A stretch of 63,824 nt of DNA, filler included, from Octopus bimaculoides (lineage: Eukaryota): assembly GCF_001194135.2 (NCBI RefSeq). It is 5 parts of 5 records of this genome, joined end to end, with 100 filler letters (N's around TTAATTAATTAA, not from the genome) between each part and the next. Parts side by side here need not be neighbours in the genome. Positions count along the whole stretch, not along the records: positions 43,491 to 60,170 come from NC_068982.1; positions 60,271 to 62,601 come from NW_026412148.1; 3 more parts are not named here. The stretch is one strand, 5' to 3'. Shown here in pieces: positions 48,505-62,701 of this stretch (positions within the stretch are counted from its first letter, which is position 1; each line of letters starts with the position of its first letter). The notes beneath the pieces are model-generated. The model was not told the origin of the DNA. It worked only from the letters and a program-made list of their open reading frames with translations, and made no database searches. The translations under genes were made by a program, and so were the position numbers.

Positions 48505-48712
48505 ATATGTTTCATAGCGAGCGGAACCTCAGAAGTGGTAAATATCCAACCGAGGTGTATACCGCAGGCTACTCTTCAGGCCAAGCATATCGTGATTAAA
48601 TGTAAGTTTACATTGACGCAAAGAGGTACATCTTAACACATGGAAGACTCCGATTGAATCTTCAACGTTTTAACCACTTCTGAGGTTCCGCTCGCTATGA
48701 AGCGTATATATA
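48505..48712. mobile_element. MITE with ~35-bp TIRs
   Basis: TTCATAGCGAGCGGAACCTCAGAAGTGGT at both ends in inverted orientation; TA-rich flanks. Confidence 0.85.
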
Positions 48713-49362
48713 TACACATACACATATATTTAGTTATGTTATATAATGTATTCACGCATATTTATACATGTGAGCATGTACGTTATATTTTTAGTGAATT
48801 TCTGTGTCTATATACATGTTGTTATATTTTCCTTCAGTGAACATGTAATTTTGATTTATTGATTAACTTTACATTCAGCGTTCAGAATTCTTTGCAATAT
48901 AAACAAAATGAATCATAAACATATTAAGAGAAATTGCTATGGAAGTGAATAAATTCTGAAGAATCCTCGAAAACAGAAGATAATATATATTGTAGACTTC
49001 TTAATGTTAGCACGGCCGCGGATATCATCACTATTTGACTGCGACTCAACTCGACTGCAAATTGTTTTTCCTTATGATAAAAGATTGGTATCTTATTTGG
49101 ATGCACGTTTACATCTAAGCATGGACAATGACATACTTGTACATATAAACATTGCTATTGCACAAATCTATCAAGAAACTAGAACACAAGCTCCACAATA
49201 TGCAAACAATGAAATAAAGATATATCTGTATATTGGGAAGTAAAACATGATATTGATTACGAATCATTACATGACGTGTGATGTTACTGTGAATCTAGAC
49301 GAATATTTATTTATCTAGTTCTTGGTGACCGACTCCTGAAATTGAGCTGAATTTACGATATA

Positions 49363-49627
49363 CACCAATCCCTCGCTATATCGCGGTTCACCTATCGTGC
49401 ACTCAGTACATTGCGGTTCACCTATCGCGCACTCAGCACATCGCGGTTCACCTATCGCGCACTCAGTACAAGGCGAATTTTTCTGGCTAATATTTGTAGA
49501 TCTATATCGCGGACTCCTCCTTATATCCGAATTTCTGCGGCCGATAAGTACTTATATTTTTTGAGATTTTAATTATTTCTGTGGGACGTTTTGGAAAGTA
49601 ACGCTCGCGATAGTCGAGGGATTACTG
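49363..49627. mobile_element. pogo/Tigger-like MITE with TA target duplication and an internal 30-bp x3 repeat
   Basis: TA|CACCAATCCCTCGCTATATCGCG ... CGCGATAGTCGAGGGATTACTG|TA; repeat unit ATCGCGGTTCACCTATCGCGCACTCAGTAC at 49380-49469. Confidence 0.85.
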
Positions 49628-49639
49628 TACTCCATAGAT

Positions 49640-50275
49640 GGAAGTAGAAACAAACGGAAGATAGTAAAGATCTTCATATAATTTAATAATTCAACGGAGA
49701 GAGGACTAAAGTCTGCGAGACAGTTACTCAATCCGAAGTATTGTATATGCAAACCACTTATCTTCTTTCCGGTACATCGGCAACAGTAAAGCCACTAAGT
49801 TGACCAGCCATATTGGAGTTTGCAGACCACGCCACATTCAACCAAGTGGAACATTGTAGATAAATCCATACCGTATGTTAATTGATCTAAGAAATGCGAT
49901 TTATGCCTAGCTGAAAGATCGCATATATTTTTAGATCTTAGAATTCCAACAGACTACTGATTTCTAGATTCGAAATTTTCAGCAAATGCAAATATGCAAA
50001 CAAATTTCTTTTGGCGTACTCAATCTCTGGATTGGATGGCTGTCTCGCAGTCTCTGAACCCCTCTCTGTTCTATTATTTATGTTCAAAATATACATAACT
50101 CCAATTTGTTTCTCTTTTCTCTTTGCGTTTTTATTCAACCTTCTACTTTTTGTATCTACCTTCGTCTCGCTTTTCTTGTACTTTCTCTTGTACTAGCGTC
50201 GTTTTGCAAACTGAATAGACCAAGCGCTCAGAGCCCGAGGATCGCTTAGAAACACAAGGTGTATTATAAAACCTG
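49640..50275 (+). mobile_element. Penelope-like element 3' remnant with an inverted 5' segment and a degenerate hammerhead
   Basis: LTSHI..STKWNIVDKSIPYVN*SKKCDLCLAERSHI..EIFSKCKYANKFLL matches the PLE post-GIY-YIG C-terminus (LS.YIW..KW.I...Y..C.LCL.EK..SKC.H.NKFLL). 49693-49735 is an inverted copy of about 50025-50070. Confidence 0.78.
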
Positions 50276-52584
50276 CTTAGACATGCGTCTCCAAGCAAGA
50301 AGCTATTAGTAGCTCGTATCTTCACACTATATACATTAAATGATATTCTTCTCTCAGTGGATGGAGTACTCTTTTGTAGATCTCACATTAGCTGTACATT
50401 GAACTATATATATATNNNNNNNNNNNNNNNNNNNNNNNNNNNNNNNNNNNNNNNNNNNNNNNNNNNNNNNNNNNNNNNNNNNNNNNNNNNNNNNNNNNNN
50501 NNNNNNNNNNNNNNNNNNNNNNNNNNNNNNNNNNNNNNNNNNNNNNNNNNNNNNNNNNNNNNNNNNNNNNNNNNNNNNNNNNNNNNNNNNNNNNNNNNNN
50601 NNNNNNNNNNNNNNNNNNNNNNNNNNNNNNNNNNNNNNNNNNNNNNNNNNNNNNNNNNNNNNNNNNNNNNNNNNNNNNNNNNNNNNNNNNNNNNNNNNNN
50701 NNNNNNNNNNNNNNNNNNNNNNNNNNNNNNNNNNNNNNNNNNNNNNNNNNNNNGTATGTATAATTGTATCATATTTGCTCAGAGACTAAGACCTAACTAA
50801 GACTTGCAATCAGTTTCGTTATATATCTAATTAGCTAAATACATACATACTTTCAGCGCATAAACGCACATACACACAAACACACATGCACACAAATTCT
50901 CATGACTACGATAGTTTTTCATTACCACTATGTTTATCAGTTAATCAATCTAGTTCATTTTACTAGTTACTTTAAGAATCGAGCCACTTAGACGCCGTAA
51001 TGCAGAACAAACCAGAATGAGGGAATCTCTCTTCAGTCGCTTACTGTACACGATATATCAAACAAATGTCCCTTAAATGGCCCTTTTATCCAGCCCTGTT
51101 GAATTTATAAATAAGGTTATAAATACTCATTTGATTAGAATACAATACAGTATGATGCATTGACTAACATACAAGGAACAAATCCAATATTAATGATCAA
51201 CACTTGGGCAAGTGATACAAACGTAAAATATATGAGAATCACAATGCAACATACATGTATGTGTGTGAGTGGGGAATAGAGAGAGAGCGAGGGAGAGGGA
51301 AAAAGAGAGAGAGAAAGAAAGAAAGAGCAAACATTCTATTGGAATTAGTTTTATTTTGAGAATATTCCAGAAATAAAGGGGAAATAACCACCAAACGTAT
51401 CGATCAGCCGTTCTTGATTTCAATTCTCGTTCCCTAATTTTTCGTTTTAACATTCGTAACAGCTATAACAGCCAATATAACATTCGTCATTTTTCACAAT
51501 AAGTTTCTAACATCCACCTATCTACTCTCTCTGTTTCCTTCTCTTTCTCTTTTTTGCTGTTTCCACTTCTCTCTCTCTCTTTCTCTCTCTCACTCTAACT
51601 TATAATAATAGTTTAACCTAGAGGGATGGACCTAGTATAGATTCTTATGGAGATATATACATAGTGAAGTTTGTTCTTTAACAACATCATGAAAATCATA
51701 GCCAGAAGTCAGGGGTACTAGAATGATTATCTTTTGGAAGAGAAGGTTGGAGTTAGTGGTTAGTGCGAAGTCTTTGGTGAAGGCTTATTCGCAATAAGTG
51801 TCGAAAAGAAGGAGCGACAGACGAGTGAATCGTCGGATGATTGGATATGGTACGAGACAAGTCAGCTCCAAAGAATATAGGCAAGTACAAACGTCGAGTA
51901 AGGAGAGCACGTTGGTTTTATTTTAAAGCTAGAGATCGACATGTGATAGTAACCAGTTCCTTCTCACTCTCGTTCTATGCAAATAGCTAACGTGTTTTTT
52001 TTCTCTATTGATAGTTATCTTTCAATAAATTAGTGCAATGTTTATACAACAAAAACCGAATAAAGGTAAAGTTGACTTTTAAAAACTGATAGTGCAGCTT
52101 CCAATTTTATCTTAAGTAACACTACATTTTAAGATGCCATTAATCTACGATGAAAAGAATTGGAAACATGTGACGTCATCGATGACGTATGAGCTGTCAT
52201 GATCAATTATGTTTCTTGATAAAGACCAAGGGGGTTTAAGTTTGATTCAATGTAATTTCTTCACGCATTAATATAGTAGATACTATGGAAATTACATTTC
52301 TATTTAAAAATCAATGAACGCCATGCAGACGTTTCCACATTTATTTATATTTGTTTATCAGGTTAACTTTAATGCACAAATGGTTCAAAATGTTACGCAT
52401 ATGGTGATAGTTTTTTTAATGCATTCTTGAAATTCCATTAATAGAACGAGTTAAACGGTTGATTAAATTTGTAAATAACTTACGGCATATAAAGAGAACT
52501 TTAGAACATTGTTTAAATTTCGGCGTAAAAAAACATTGCTGAGTATTTCAATAATTAGGAAAATAAATATTACCAAATTTAAGG

Positions 52585-52860
52585 CTTGGTAGTATAGTTA
52601 AGTCGTTCGCTTCGCAAACACTTGAGTCCGGGTTCAGTCTCAAAGTAAAACACTTTGGGCATGCATTTTTTCTTGGGCTGCCCAGTACAGACACTCATAC
52701 ACGAGCGCGCACTCGTGTGTGTCTGTGACTACCGTTCTTGTATCAAAAGGTATAACTTATGTTTTCGATAAATGGAATTCGATAAAATAAATAACAGACT
52801 GAAATACATACTACGGTAAATATGCTCGACTAAACCATAGAACACAATAAAGACGGTGCA
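52585..52860 (+). mobile_element. Degenerate CORE-like SINE
   Basis: GGTAGTATAGTTAAG..CCGGGTTCAGTCTC..ACACTTTGGGCA..TTCGATAAAATAAATAACAGACT..TGCTCGACTAAA; colinear with 5887-6385. Confidence 0.6.
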
Positions 52861-53255
52861 AAGAATAAAAGAATGTCTGAATAATTACAATTTTGAACTA
52901 TTCTAAGCAAAATATTTTTATTAATTGAATTCGTAAGTACAGAATAGTAAATGAAAAGGTTTCAGCGAGAGAAACATTGGTTTCTATTGCTGACCAGGTT
53001 GTAATAGCAGTCGAATGTCTCTCAAATCACGCTTTTAGGATAAAAGTACACTGGATAATATAGACACCTTGATATACAATATTTCGGTATGTTGACGGGT
53101 AGACTGATTTTGCTTCAGTGGGTATAGGTCTCCTCAAACAAAGTCGTAGCAAGGGTGAGGCACTGAAACGTTTGAATCACGTTGCAAGAAATGGAACATA
53201 TGCTGTGTAGCAATAGGATATTACAATGCCTTTAAAGTTACGTATTCTCTCAAAT

Positions 53256-53320
<65 letters not shown>

Positions 53321-53608
53321 NNNNNNNNNNNNNNNNNNNNNNNNNNNNNNNNNNNNNNNNNNNNNNNNNNNNNNNNNNNNNNNNNNNNNNNNNNNNNNNN
53401 NNNNNNNNNNNNNNNNNNNNNNNNNNNNNNNNNNNNNNNNNNNNNNNNNNNNNNNNNNNNNNNNNNNNNNNNNNNNNNNNNNNNNNNNNNNNNNNNNNNN
53501 NNNNNNNNNNNNNNNNNNNNNNNNNNNNNNNNNNNNNNNNNNNNNNNNNNNNNNNNNNNNNNNNNNNNNNNNNNNNNNNNNNNNNNNNNNNNNNNNNNNN
53601 NNNNNNNN

Positions 53609-53676
<68 letters not shown>

Positions 53677-54459
53677 TCACGCACACAAATATCCATACAT
53701 ACATGCACACCGCTTCTTTATGAGCTTTATAAATCTCAAATATTTTAGGGTAAGTTATATAAAATATATTGTTTAATCCTTGTTTAACATTCTGTAAAAA
53801 GAGAGTACAATTTAACTATTCTACGTTTTAAGGAAAATGACACGTAGATAACTCATGAAAACGTAGTGAAATTATGACGTGAAATATTATGGCAGATATC
53901 TTGAATTTTGTGAAATTGCTGAGTTTAAGTCAATTTCCTTTCACGGTAAAGATTTCTAAACCATTATTGTTAATCATAAGATAAAATATCTATAGATGTA
54001 GGATTATCAATATCTCCCATAAGAACGGAGTATTTTAATTCTTGGGAAGATGATCAAAAACAAAAAAGAAAGCGTAGTATCCAATCACTGATCACTACAA
54101 TATTACGGCACGTACTCCAAGAGAATGTACATCCGGATATTTATGATTATTATTGGTATCCGTGTATGTTATACATAGCGAAGAAAAAATATAGAGCGTA
54201 GATTTGTCTTATTGTAAATTAATAATTAGAATGTGGGCTATTGTTATAATTAGCGTATTAGCACATTGAAGAGGTCACGTTAGCAGTTACTGGAGACATG
54301 TTTTAATTATCTTTCAACGATCAGAGAAAATCGATAAGCAATGAGAAATGTTCTTGTGATATAAATACACCAACGAACATTATCATTTTATAGCCTCATT
54401 TACTCAAACAATATATAACAGAGAACAAAGTAGCTAACTTACACATACATGATACCACA

Positions 54460-54460
54460 T

Positions 54461-54505
<45 letters not shown>

Positions 54506-54664
54506 TACATACACACACACGTGCAGACATTCAGGCACATACGTGGGTATGTTTGTTCATTCTGTGTATATAGCTTTTGCGTATAGTTAGATATTGAGTT
54601 ACACAAACAGACATACACACACACACACACACATATATACATGTGCAAACATATATAAATATAT

Positions 54665-54740
<76 letters not shown>

Positions 54741-54792
54741 GTGTGCATACATATATATGTATGTAAATCTATCTATATGTATATCAATCTCA

Positions 54793-54862
<70 letters not shown>

Positions 54863-54900
54863 GCGCATGCGTGTGTGTGTCCATGTATTGTATAAATGGT
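54460..54900. repeat. Compound (CA)/(CT)/(TA)/(TG) microsatellites
   Basis: Directly visible. Confidence 0.95.
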
Positions 54901-57006
54901 GTAGAATAGAAGTACTCAGTACTGCTTCTCTGAGTTTCCATTACTTTGAATTCAGTATGTGTGCGCATACACACACGCATGCGCGAACACACAATGCATA
55001 TATCTATACTTCATAAACATATATTCTTTCTCAGAATACTTACAAGTAGACACACATCCTTCTATACACTTGGACTCGAGACATGTTACCCCAAACTGAT
55101 ACAGTGTCAGTGATTCTTGGTTCTAATAACAGACTGTGTGCCTTTGATTTGTCCGAATGTATGATACATGGCTGCGTGTGTGTATATATGTTGCTGCAAT
55201 GTAACTCAGCGATCTAGCTGGAATTTTGAAATAACTTACGGAATGAAAGAGAAGGAGCTTGAACATTGAAATAGTCATGGTAAATTTTTGAAAATTCGTA
55301 AAGATTGTCGAATGAAAACAATGGAAGAATAAAATTAATGAAATCAATTCTGGAGAGAAGCATCTGAAAGTGGAAGAGCGTTTCAATCATACGATTTAAT
55401 AACGCCCGTTGAATGAGGCTCTTTCATCATATTTCCAGTTATTACCTTGTGGTCAATGAAAACGAGGACATTTTGTTTGTTACAGTTCGTATATATATAT
55501 ATTACAGTTTACTTCAATATTGCCTGCCAAGAGTTACTTTCTGTATAGAGCAAAATAACTTGGCAAACGCAGAGAACCCTATTTAAAACCCCTTGCTCTT
55601 CTTCACACAGTCTGGAATTCGCCCAACTTTATGAATTTTAGAAGTATCGTTATTATTAATAATTGTTCTACTATTGTTATTGGCTCAGTATAACACCAAG
55701 TAATACATCTAGAAATAAGTGGATTACTTTCATTAATTACCAAACAAGCAAGCAATTTGTTTTCTTTTTGTTATGTAAACAAAAAATGACTTCCAGAACT
55801 ATCATATTACGAACTTGCGTCGAGAAAAATGCTTTTATTTACCTAGAATCAAAATCAAATATTGTAAACGATATGTGGAAAGTTATTCAAGTCTGCTGTG
55901 GTTAAAAAATAATTATACTAAATTTTACTCAAATTAATGCCTTCAAAATACTGTTCGTTTTTCTTTCTAATTCTCATAATTGTTATTGAAATGATATCCC
56001 ATTAAAAGAGACCCATTGTTATGTACTCACTCAAATATTGCAATATAACTTGTGAGAAGGGAAGAGGGTGATATGAAATTTTATAAACATTTATTATTTA
56101 TAATGATAGGCAGTACAAAAGCAACAGCGATTTGCAGGAAGATTTTTAAAGTACATATTTTGTGTTAAAAAGTTGCTAAGTGCTATAAACGTTTGCTAGA
56201 TTTCGAATACATTATCAAAATCTGAACGAGTCGAATAGAAGATAAAAACCGCATTTTATTCGCCAACTAATAGTTTTATAGGCATATTAAACACAGGAAA
56301 AATATTTCTATATTCAACCAACCATGAGACTACGTATGAAGTGAATATATAAGGTCAATATGTTTGTGTGATGTATGTGAGCGTGGGTTTGTGAGAGTAT
56401 GATTATGAGACAGCAAGCCCAGTGCGTCGAACATATCTCTGATATTATCTTGTTATCTGGGCCATTCATAGTTTCTTTGATCTCTTTTGATTTATGTACC
56501 ATGAAACATGAAATAACATTTTGTAGATTCTTAGTATATTAACATAACGGTAACCTAAATGTCTAAATGATTTAGCGAGGATCTTAAATTATCGAAGTCT
56601 TTACTATTCTCAATATAGTTATTGCTACATGAGAGACAAGTGGGAAATTATTCGCGTGCTTCATGTTAAAATTAAAATGCATACACACACAAATATATAC
56701 CTATACATATGCGTGTGTGTGTGCGTGTGCGTGTGTGTGTGTATGCGTGTGTATGTGCATGTGTGTGTGTAAACGAAAAATAGGAAAGGATTGATAATAC
56801 TAGATTTTATATTTATGTATATGCGTTTCTTTGAATAAAATAAGTTTTATTTTAAACATAGGAGGCAAATATTTTTTATTATATATCTATATTTTTCTAA
56901 GTGAAAATACAAAAATTGGTTTCCACATAACAACTGTTTCAATATAAAAGTTTAACAGTAAAAATATTAGTGTGTTTTCACAAAGTAAGTTTTACATACC
57001 TTACCC

Positions 57007-57009
<3 letters not shown>

Positions 57010-57092
<83 letters not shown>
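57010..57092. repeat. (GA)n microsatellite
   Basis: Directly visible. Confidence 0.97.
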
Positions 57093-57096
<4 letters not shown>

Positions 57097-57296
57097 ACAT
57101 ATTCACTGAAAAGCTTTCGTATGCAAAAGTTTTTCGTATAAACAAAAGGGTTAGTAAATAAATTTTAGTGAATGTTGTAGCCAAAAGATGTTTTGCAGTA
57201 GTTGTTCAGCTTTACAAAGTTTAAAGTGTGTTTTTCAATGCATATTTGCGCGCGCGTGTGTATGTATGTGTTTTGTGTGTTATATCTGTCAGTTTC

Positions 57297-57455
57297 GGTG
57301 ACGAGTATTCAGTTGTTCAATCAAATGAAATACACGCTCATTGAATAAACATGCATGTGACTGATTATTCCATGGACACATGTATCTTAACGAATTTCTC
57401 ATGCGGTTCCAACGTTACACACTATGTGGCAAAGCTAGGCCATTTGCTATACAGT
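57297..57455 (+). mobile_element. Degenerate copy of the 44000-44195 SINE-like family
   Basis: GACGAGTATTCAGTTG..CATGGACACATGTATCTTAACG..GGCAAAGCTAGGCCATTTGCTATACAG. Confidence 0.6.
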
Positions 57456-57587
57456 TTCGTCTCTTCACTTTCTCTCGCAATGCTTGGGTCAACACGCGAT
57501 TATGGTAAAATACAGTAACTTCAAGATTCCACGAAATGCAGTCGAATGTTAGACCTTGTAATTGCGAGCACCATTCAGCTCTATTTT

Positions 57588-57800
<213 letters not shown>

Positions 57801-57979
57801 TTCAAATACACAACCTATAATTCTTGAAAAGCATCCGAGTAAATTACAATAAAAAAAGAAAATAAAGGGATTCTATTAAAAGAATCGTGCATATTTCTTT
57901 ATACTATTAATAAATATCTTATGATATATGTACACGCATACATCCGAACATCCGTTCTCATTCGCTCCATCTCTTTCTC

Positions 57980-58029
<50 letters not shown>

Positions 58030-58057
58030 CACATACATATACATATGTATGTATGTT

Positions 58058-58094
<37 letters not shown>

Positions 58095-58124
58095 ATAAGT
58101 GTGCGTGTATATATGAATGTAGTG

Positions 58125-58262
58125 AAAGGACACAGCCGAAGAGTAAATGTATTGCCCACACGATGGGCCAATTTTGGAGCCAGGTCATACATTGTGTCCC
58201 CGAGTAGATCATTTTATTCCATATTGCTCTCGTCTGCCGAGGTGAAAATGAGTACCAACTGA
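58125..58262 (+). mobile_element. Degenerate CORE-like SINE fragment
   Basis: TTGTGTCCCCGAGTAGATCATTTTATTCCATATTGCTCT..GAGGTGAAAATGAGTACC resembles the core-to-AAATGAGTACC block of mollusc SINEs (recalled). Confidence 0.5.
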
Positions 58263-58484
58263 CTACTGTTTTAGTATCACTCTCTTCTGGCTTTCAAGCT
58301 TGTGAGAATCGAGAAAGTGACTATTAGTGACCCGCGACTCCTTAGACACCCAAAGCAAGAAGCGAAAGAGTGGTATATAATCGGCTTTATCATTCTCCAT
58401 TGAGAATGACGTCTAAGCTTACACACACATTCAGTCTCTCTCTCCCACATATACATACACACACATACACACACGCGCATACAC

Positions 58485-58525
<41 letters not shown>

Positions 58526-60170
58526 ATATATACATAAATGTGTGTGTGTATATAGATATGTGTATGTGTGTGCAGATATTTTATTGGTTTCACTGATTGA
58601 ACTACAACAATGAACTTTAGTGGATTTGATCGTTTCCAGTACTTTACCTGATGCTATTTTAGAATTGACGATAGAAGATATCGACATCGTCATGAAAGGA
58701 CGTAACTTCGACAAACAATTCACTATACACCGAGACGCTCATATAAATATGCGCATATTCACATACGCGTCCACATATACAGATATAAACGCATGCACAT
58801 ATAAACTTATCTCTGCACTCATACGTAGTTTATTTGTAGATACCTATTATTGTGTGTTGTCAATGTAACAGTCCCAGGAGAAAAGCAGCATTTAACCTTT
58901 ATTTTAATTTTTAAATACCTTATTATTTTATTCAATACATGCTATGAATCCTGTTTTTACGTATTCATAAATCTTTTTTGTATGGAGTTGGACTCTGTTA
59001 TTCTGATTTGCATTCGCTGTATACAAGTATACATTACCTATAATGCAGAATAATTTGTAAAATGTATACATGCGTTAATGGATAATAATTTTATTATCCT
59101 TAGTTGAAAAATAGCAATTAAAAGGCCGTCTGGTAGAATGGACTCGTTTAGGAATAAGAAACCTGATGACAATCGGTGATCACATCGATGAAACCATGTG
59201 TAAACGCAAATATTAAATATTTTTCATCTCTAAATATGAGGCTGAAAAATTATAATCATATTAAGCATATATTACATATAAAGTAGATTTTGTGGTTTAG
59301 TTCTATGCTATTCCCAGTACAGATGGTACATGTTCAAAAATATTTCTTTGAAAACCATCCCGTTTTTTTTTCCTGTGTTTCCAAGATCATATTGAAAAAT
59401 GGTTTTCATTTGAAGGAATAACCCCAAAGCAATTTCACTTCTATTTCTAAATGGCAGAGCAATTGTGTAGAGGATTTCTCATAAACTAGTGATGTAGTAG
59501 ATGAATTAGGTGCGTGAAATAAACTGTTTCTTAATTGCAAGCTTAAAATGAATTTCTATTGTGTTGACCAGTGAGAATTAGTACAATGTAACACTCTATA
59601 TAGTTTAAAGCTCACTGAATATATTTAACTCTATGTAGTGTGACAATATTACATTCGTAAAGCTTAAAATTTCTCTCCAAATCCATAAAAAATATATAGG
59701 TATGAAAATAGAAATGACAATATACTTCCAGAGTACAAGGGATGTAAAATAATTTTGAGACTGGAAACCTGATAGGTAACATTGCACCAAATAAAATAGT
59801 CAATCGTATAAAATGAATGATATTTTGGAAGTAGATACTCATCAATATAGAAAAATACATTTTTCTGATCTTCTACTTTAATAGTTTGGCACAAAAAACA
59901 TAGATTAAGAGATTAACTAAGAAAAGTTACTAAAAATATTAAAACGCTCGCACAAATATATTTATTCTGAAAGTGGCTTAATCCGCTTAAAAATTACAGA
60001 TACCATTCAGTATGTAGATTACATAAACTTTCACAAAGGAACATTTGGCTTCGTTGTGAAATGTTTCATTTTTTTTTTTCGCATTTCTCCCCGGGTTCTT
60101 TGCCACAGAGAGGTAGGTCATTTTTTATCGTCTCTTTTATGTTGTACATAGCATATAATTAGAAAATGAA

Positions 60171-60270
60171 NNNNNNNNNNNNNNNNNNNNNNNNNNNNNN
60201 NNNNNNNNNNNNNNTTAATTAATTAANNNNNNNNNNNNNNNNNNNNNNNNNNNNNNNNNNNNNNNNNNNN
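60171..60270. other. Artificial scaffold linker
   Basis: N44-TTAATTAATTAA-N44. Confidence 0.95.
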
Positions 60271-60689
60271 ATAAATATATGAATAGAATCTTCTAAAGTG
60301 GGAGATCCACTTAGGGTAACGTTATGATGTGAGTATACATGTCTGGTGTAAAATTGTATTACACAAATAAATAGTTGTGGTTATCTAAAAATAACCTATC
60401 GCCGAAATATGTTAACACAGAATGCACTCCATACTACTTGAATGTATGTACGATACTCAGTATTCACTGTTCAACTACTGACTGTTTAACCAACACCGTC
60501 AAGCTAACACTGGTCAACTACGCCTCAGTTCTTATTTATTGTAATCGGTTAGTCTACCTTCAATCGCGTGGGGGTGTTCAGGATTCTCCCATGACATCTC
60601 ACCATTTTGAGAATTTAGCTCCACCCGGCGCTTAATATCTTTTGCGTTTAGGGTCTATTTCAAGTATTTCTGTTCGTTTTCTTTTTTTC

Positions 60690-62600
60690 GTACTTGAATT
60701 TGTAGTTTCCACAATTTGTTTAGGTGTTGGTACATCAAACGTACCATAAAAGACTTCCATCGAAATTTGGAGAAGATTTCCTCTGGGTTAGTTAATGGGA
60801 AGTTATACTGTCTTAAACACTTGTTTAGTCCCGTCGAGGGACTATTGTCCCNNNNNNNNNNNNNNNNNNNNNNNNNNNNNNNNNNNNNNNNNNNNNNNNN
60901 NNNNNNNNNNNNNNNNNNNNNNNNNNNNNNNNNNNNNNNNNNNNNNNNNNNNNNNNNNNNNNNNNNNNNNNNNNNNNNNNNNNNNNNNNNNNNNNNNNNN
61001 NNNNNNNNNNNNNNNNNNNNNNNNNNNNNNNNNNNNNNNNNNNNNNNNNNNNNNNNNNNNNNNNNNNNNNNNNNNNNNNNNNNNNNNNNNNNNNNNNNNN
61101 NNNNNNNNNNNNNNNNNNNNNNNNNNNNNNNNNNNNNNNNNNNNNNNNNNNNNNNNNNNNNNNNNNNNNNNNNNNNNNNNNNNNNNNNNNNNNNNNNNNN
61201 NNNNNNNNNNNNNNNNNNNNNNNNNNNNNNNNNNNNNNNNNNNNNNNNNNNNNNNNNNNNNNNNNNNNNNNNNNNNNNNNNNNNNNNNNNNNNNNNNNNN
61301 NNNNNNNNNNNNNNNNNNNNNNNNNNNNNNNNNNNNNNNNNNNNNNNNNNNNNNNNNNNNNNNNNNNNNNNNNNNNNNNNNNNNNNNNNNNNNNNNNNNN
61401 NNNNNNNNNNNNNNNNNNNNNNNNNNNNNNNNNNNNNNNNNNNNNNNNNNNNNNNNNNNNNNNNNNNNNNNNNNNNNNNNNNNNNNNNNNNNNNNNNNNN
61501 NNNNNNNNNNNNNNNNNNNNNNNNNNNNNNNNNNNNNNNNNNNNNNNNNNNNNNNNNNNNNNNNNNNNNNNNNNNNNNNNNNNNNNNNNNNNNNNNNNNN
61601 NNNNNNNNNNNNNNNNNNNNNNNNNNNNNNNNNNNNNNAATTAATGTCATTACCTGTATCTAACTGTAATTTTACATTTGTATTATTAGCTTTTACATAC
61701 ACAAGTTTCCTTTGAGTGTCGTTTATATTCCTTGTTGCCAATAAACTGTTTGCCTTAATTTTTCTGTGGAACTGTTTGCTAGGTTTTGGTTTATTTTGTG
61801 ATTTTTTATGACCCATTTTACCATACTTGAAGCATTTTCGATTTTTACAAGAACTGTCGAATATGTAGTGTAATTCTCCACATCCAAATCATGGGTTAAT
61901 ATTTTGCTTTTCATTTCTTTTGGTCACACCGACTGTATACGAGTTTTTCTCTTCAATTTGTTCCGTATCGTGCCTTAGATTAATTGTGCTCTGGCATTCC
62001 TCAGGTATTTCTTGTAGTATTAGCAACTGATTCTGCTCTAATTTAGTCAGAATTTGGTTACGAATTTCCGAATCTTTCTTCGCTGTTAAACCTTGTACAA
62101 AAAAGTAAGCATTTAAACATATCTGGTGTTAGTTCATTAATTGTAAGTCTCTCGCATTTCTTATTAACAATTCCAGTGTATGTAATAAAATCTCTGTTGT
62201 ATTTTTTTTGTAATATTCATGCATGGCCAGCGCATATTAAATAAAGAGTTTTTTTCACTGAAAATATTTGATAAAATATTCACCGTTTCTTCAAAACAGA
62301 CTTCACCCGATTTCCTTGGTGATATGTAATTTCAATATTTCTCATGCTTGGCTGGTGCATACGTTCTCAACAAAAGTCGAGTTATTTTCTCGTCTTGCCA
62401 GTCACAGCATTCTTCTCTAAAAATTTCCACATACCTTTTAAAATAAGCAGAGAAGGTAGTACCCTCCTCAGGGTTAAATGCGAACTCTCTGATCGAGTTT
62501 GCAACAGTGTCAAGAGTGAACGAACTAGATGGATTTCTGTTTTCTTCTGTCTTAATTGTACTAACATTTGCTGTTGCTTCAGAAATTCTAACAATTGTTG
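60690..62600 (-). mobile_element. Gypsy LTR retrotransposon 5' coding half (gag, protease, start of RT), decayed
   Basis: ANSIREFAFNPEEGTTFSAYFKRY..D.QDEKITRLLLR (gag); VKLQLDTGNDI (aspartic protease); after the gap STGLNKCLRQYNFPLTNPEEIFSK (RT start). Confidence 0.88.
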
Positions 62601-62601
62601 T

Positions 62602-62701
62602 NNNNNNNNNNNNNNNNNNNNNNNNNNNNNNNNNNNNNNNNNNNNTTAATTAATTAANNNNNNNNNNNNNNNNNNNNNNNNNNNNNNNNNNNNNNNNNNN
62701 N
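62602..62701. other. Artificial scaffold linker
   Basis: N44-TTAATTAATTAA-N44. Confidence 0.95.

Noticed and set aside
58620-58868. ORF MDLIVSSTLPDAILELTIEDID with possible splice sites
   Set aside because: No homology recognised, weak splice signals, and it runs into low-complexity sequence.
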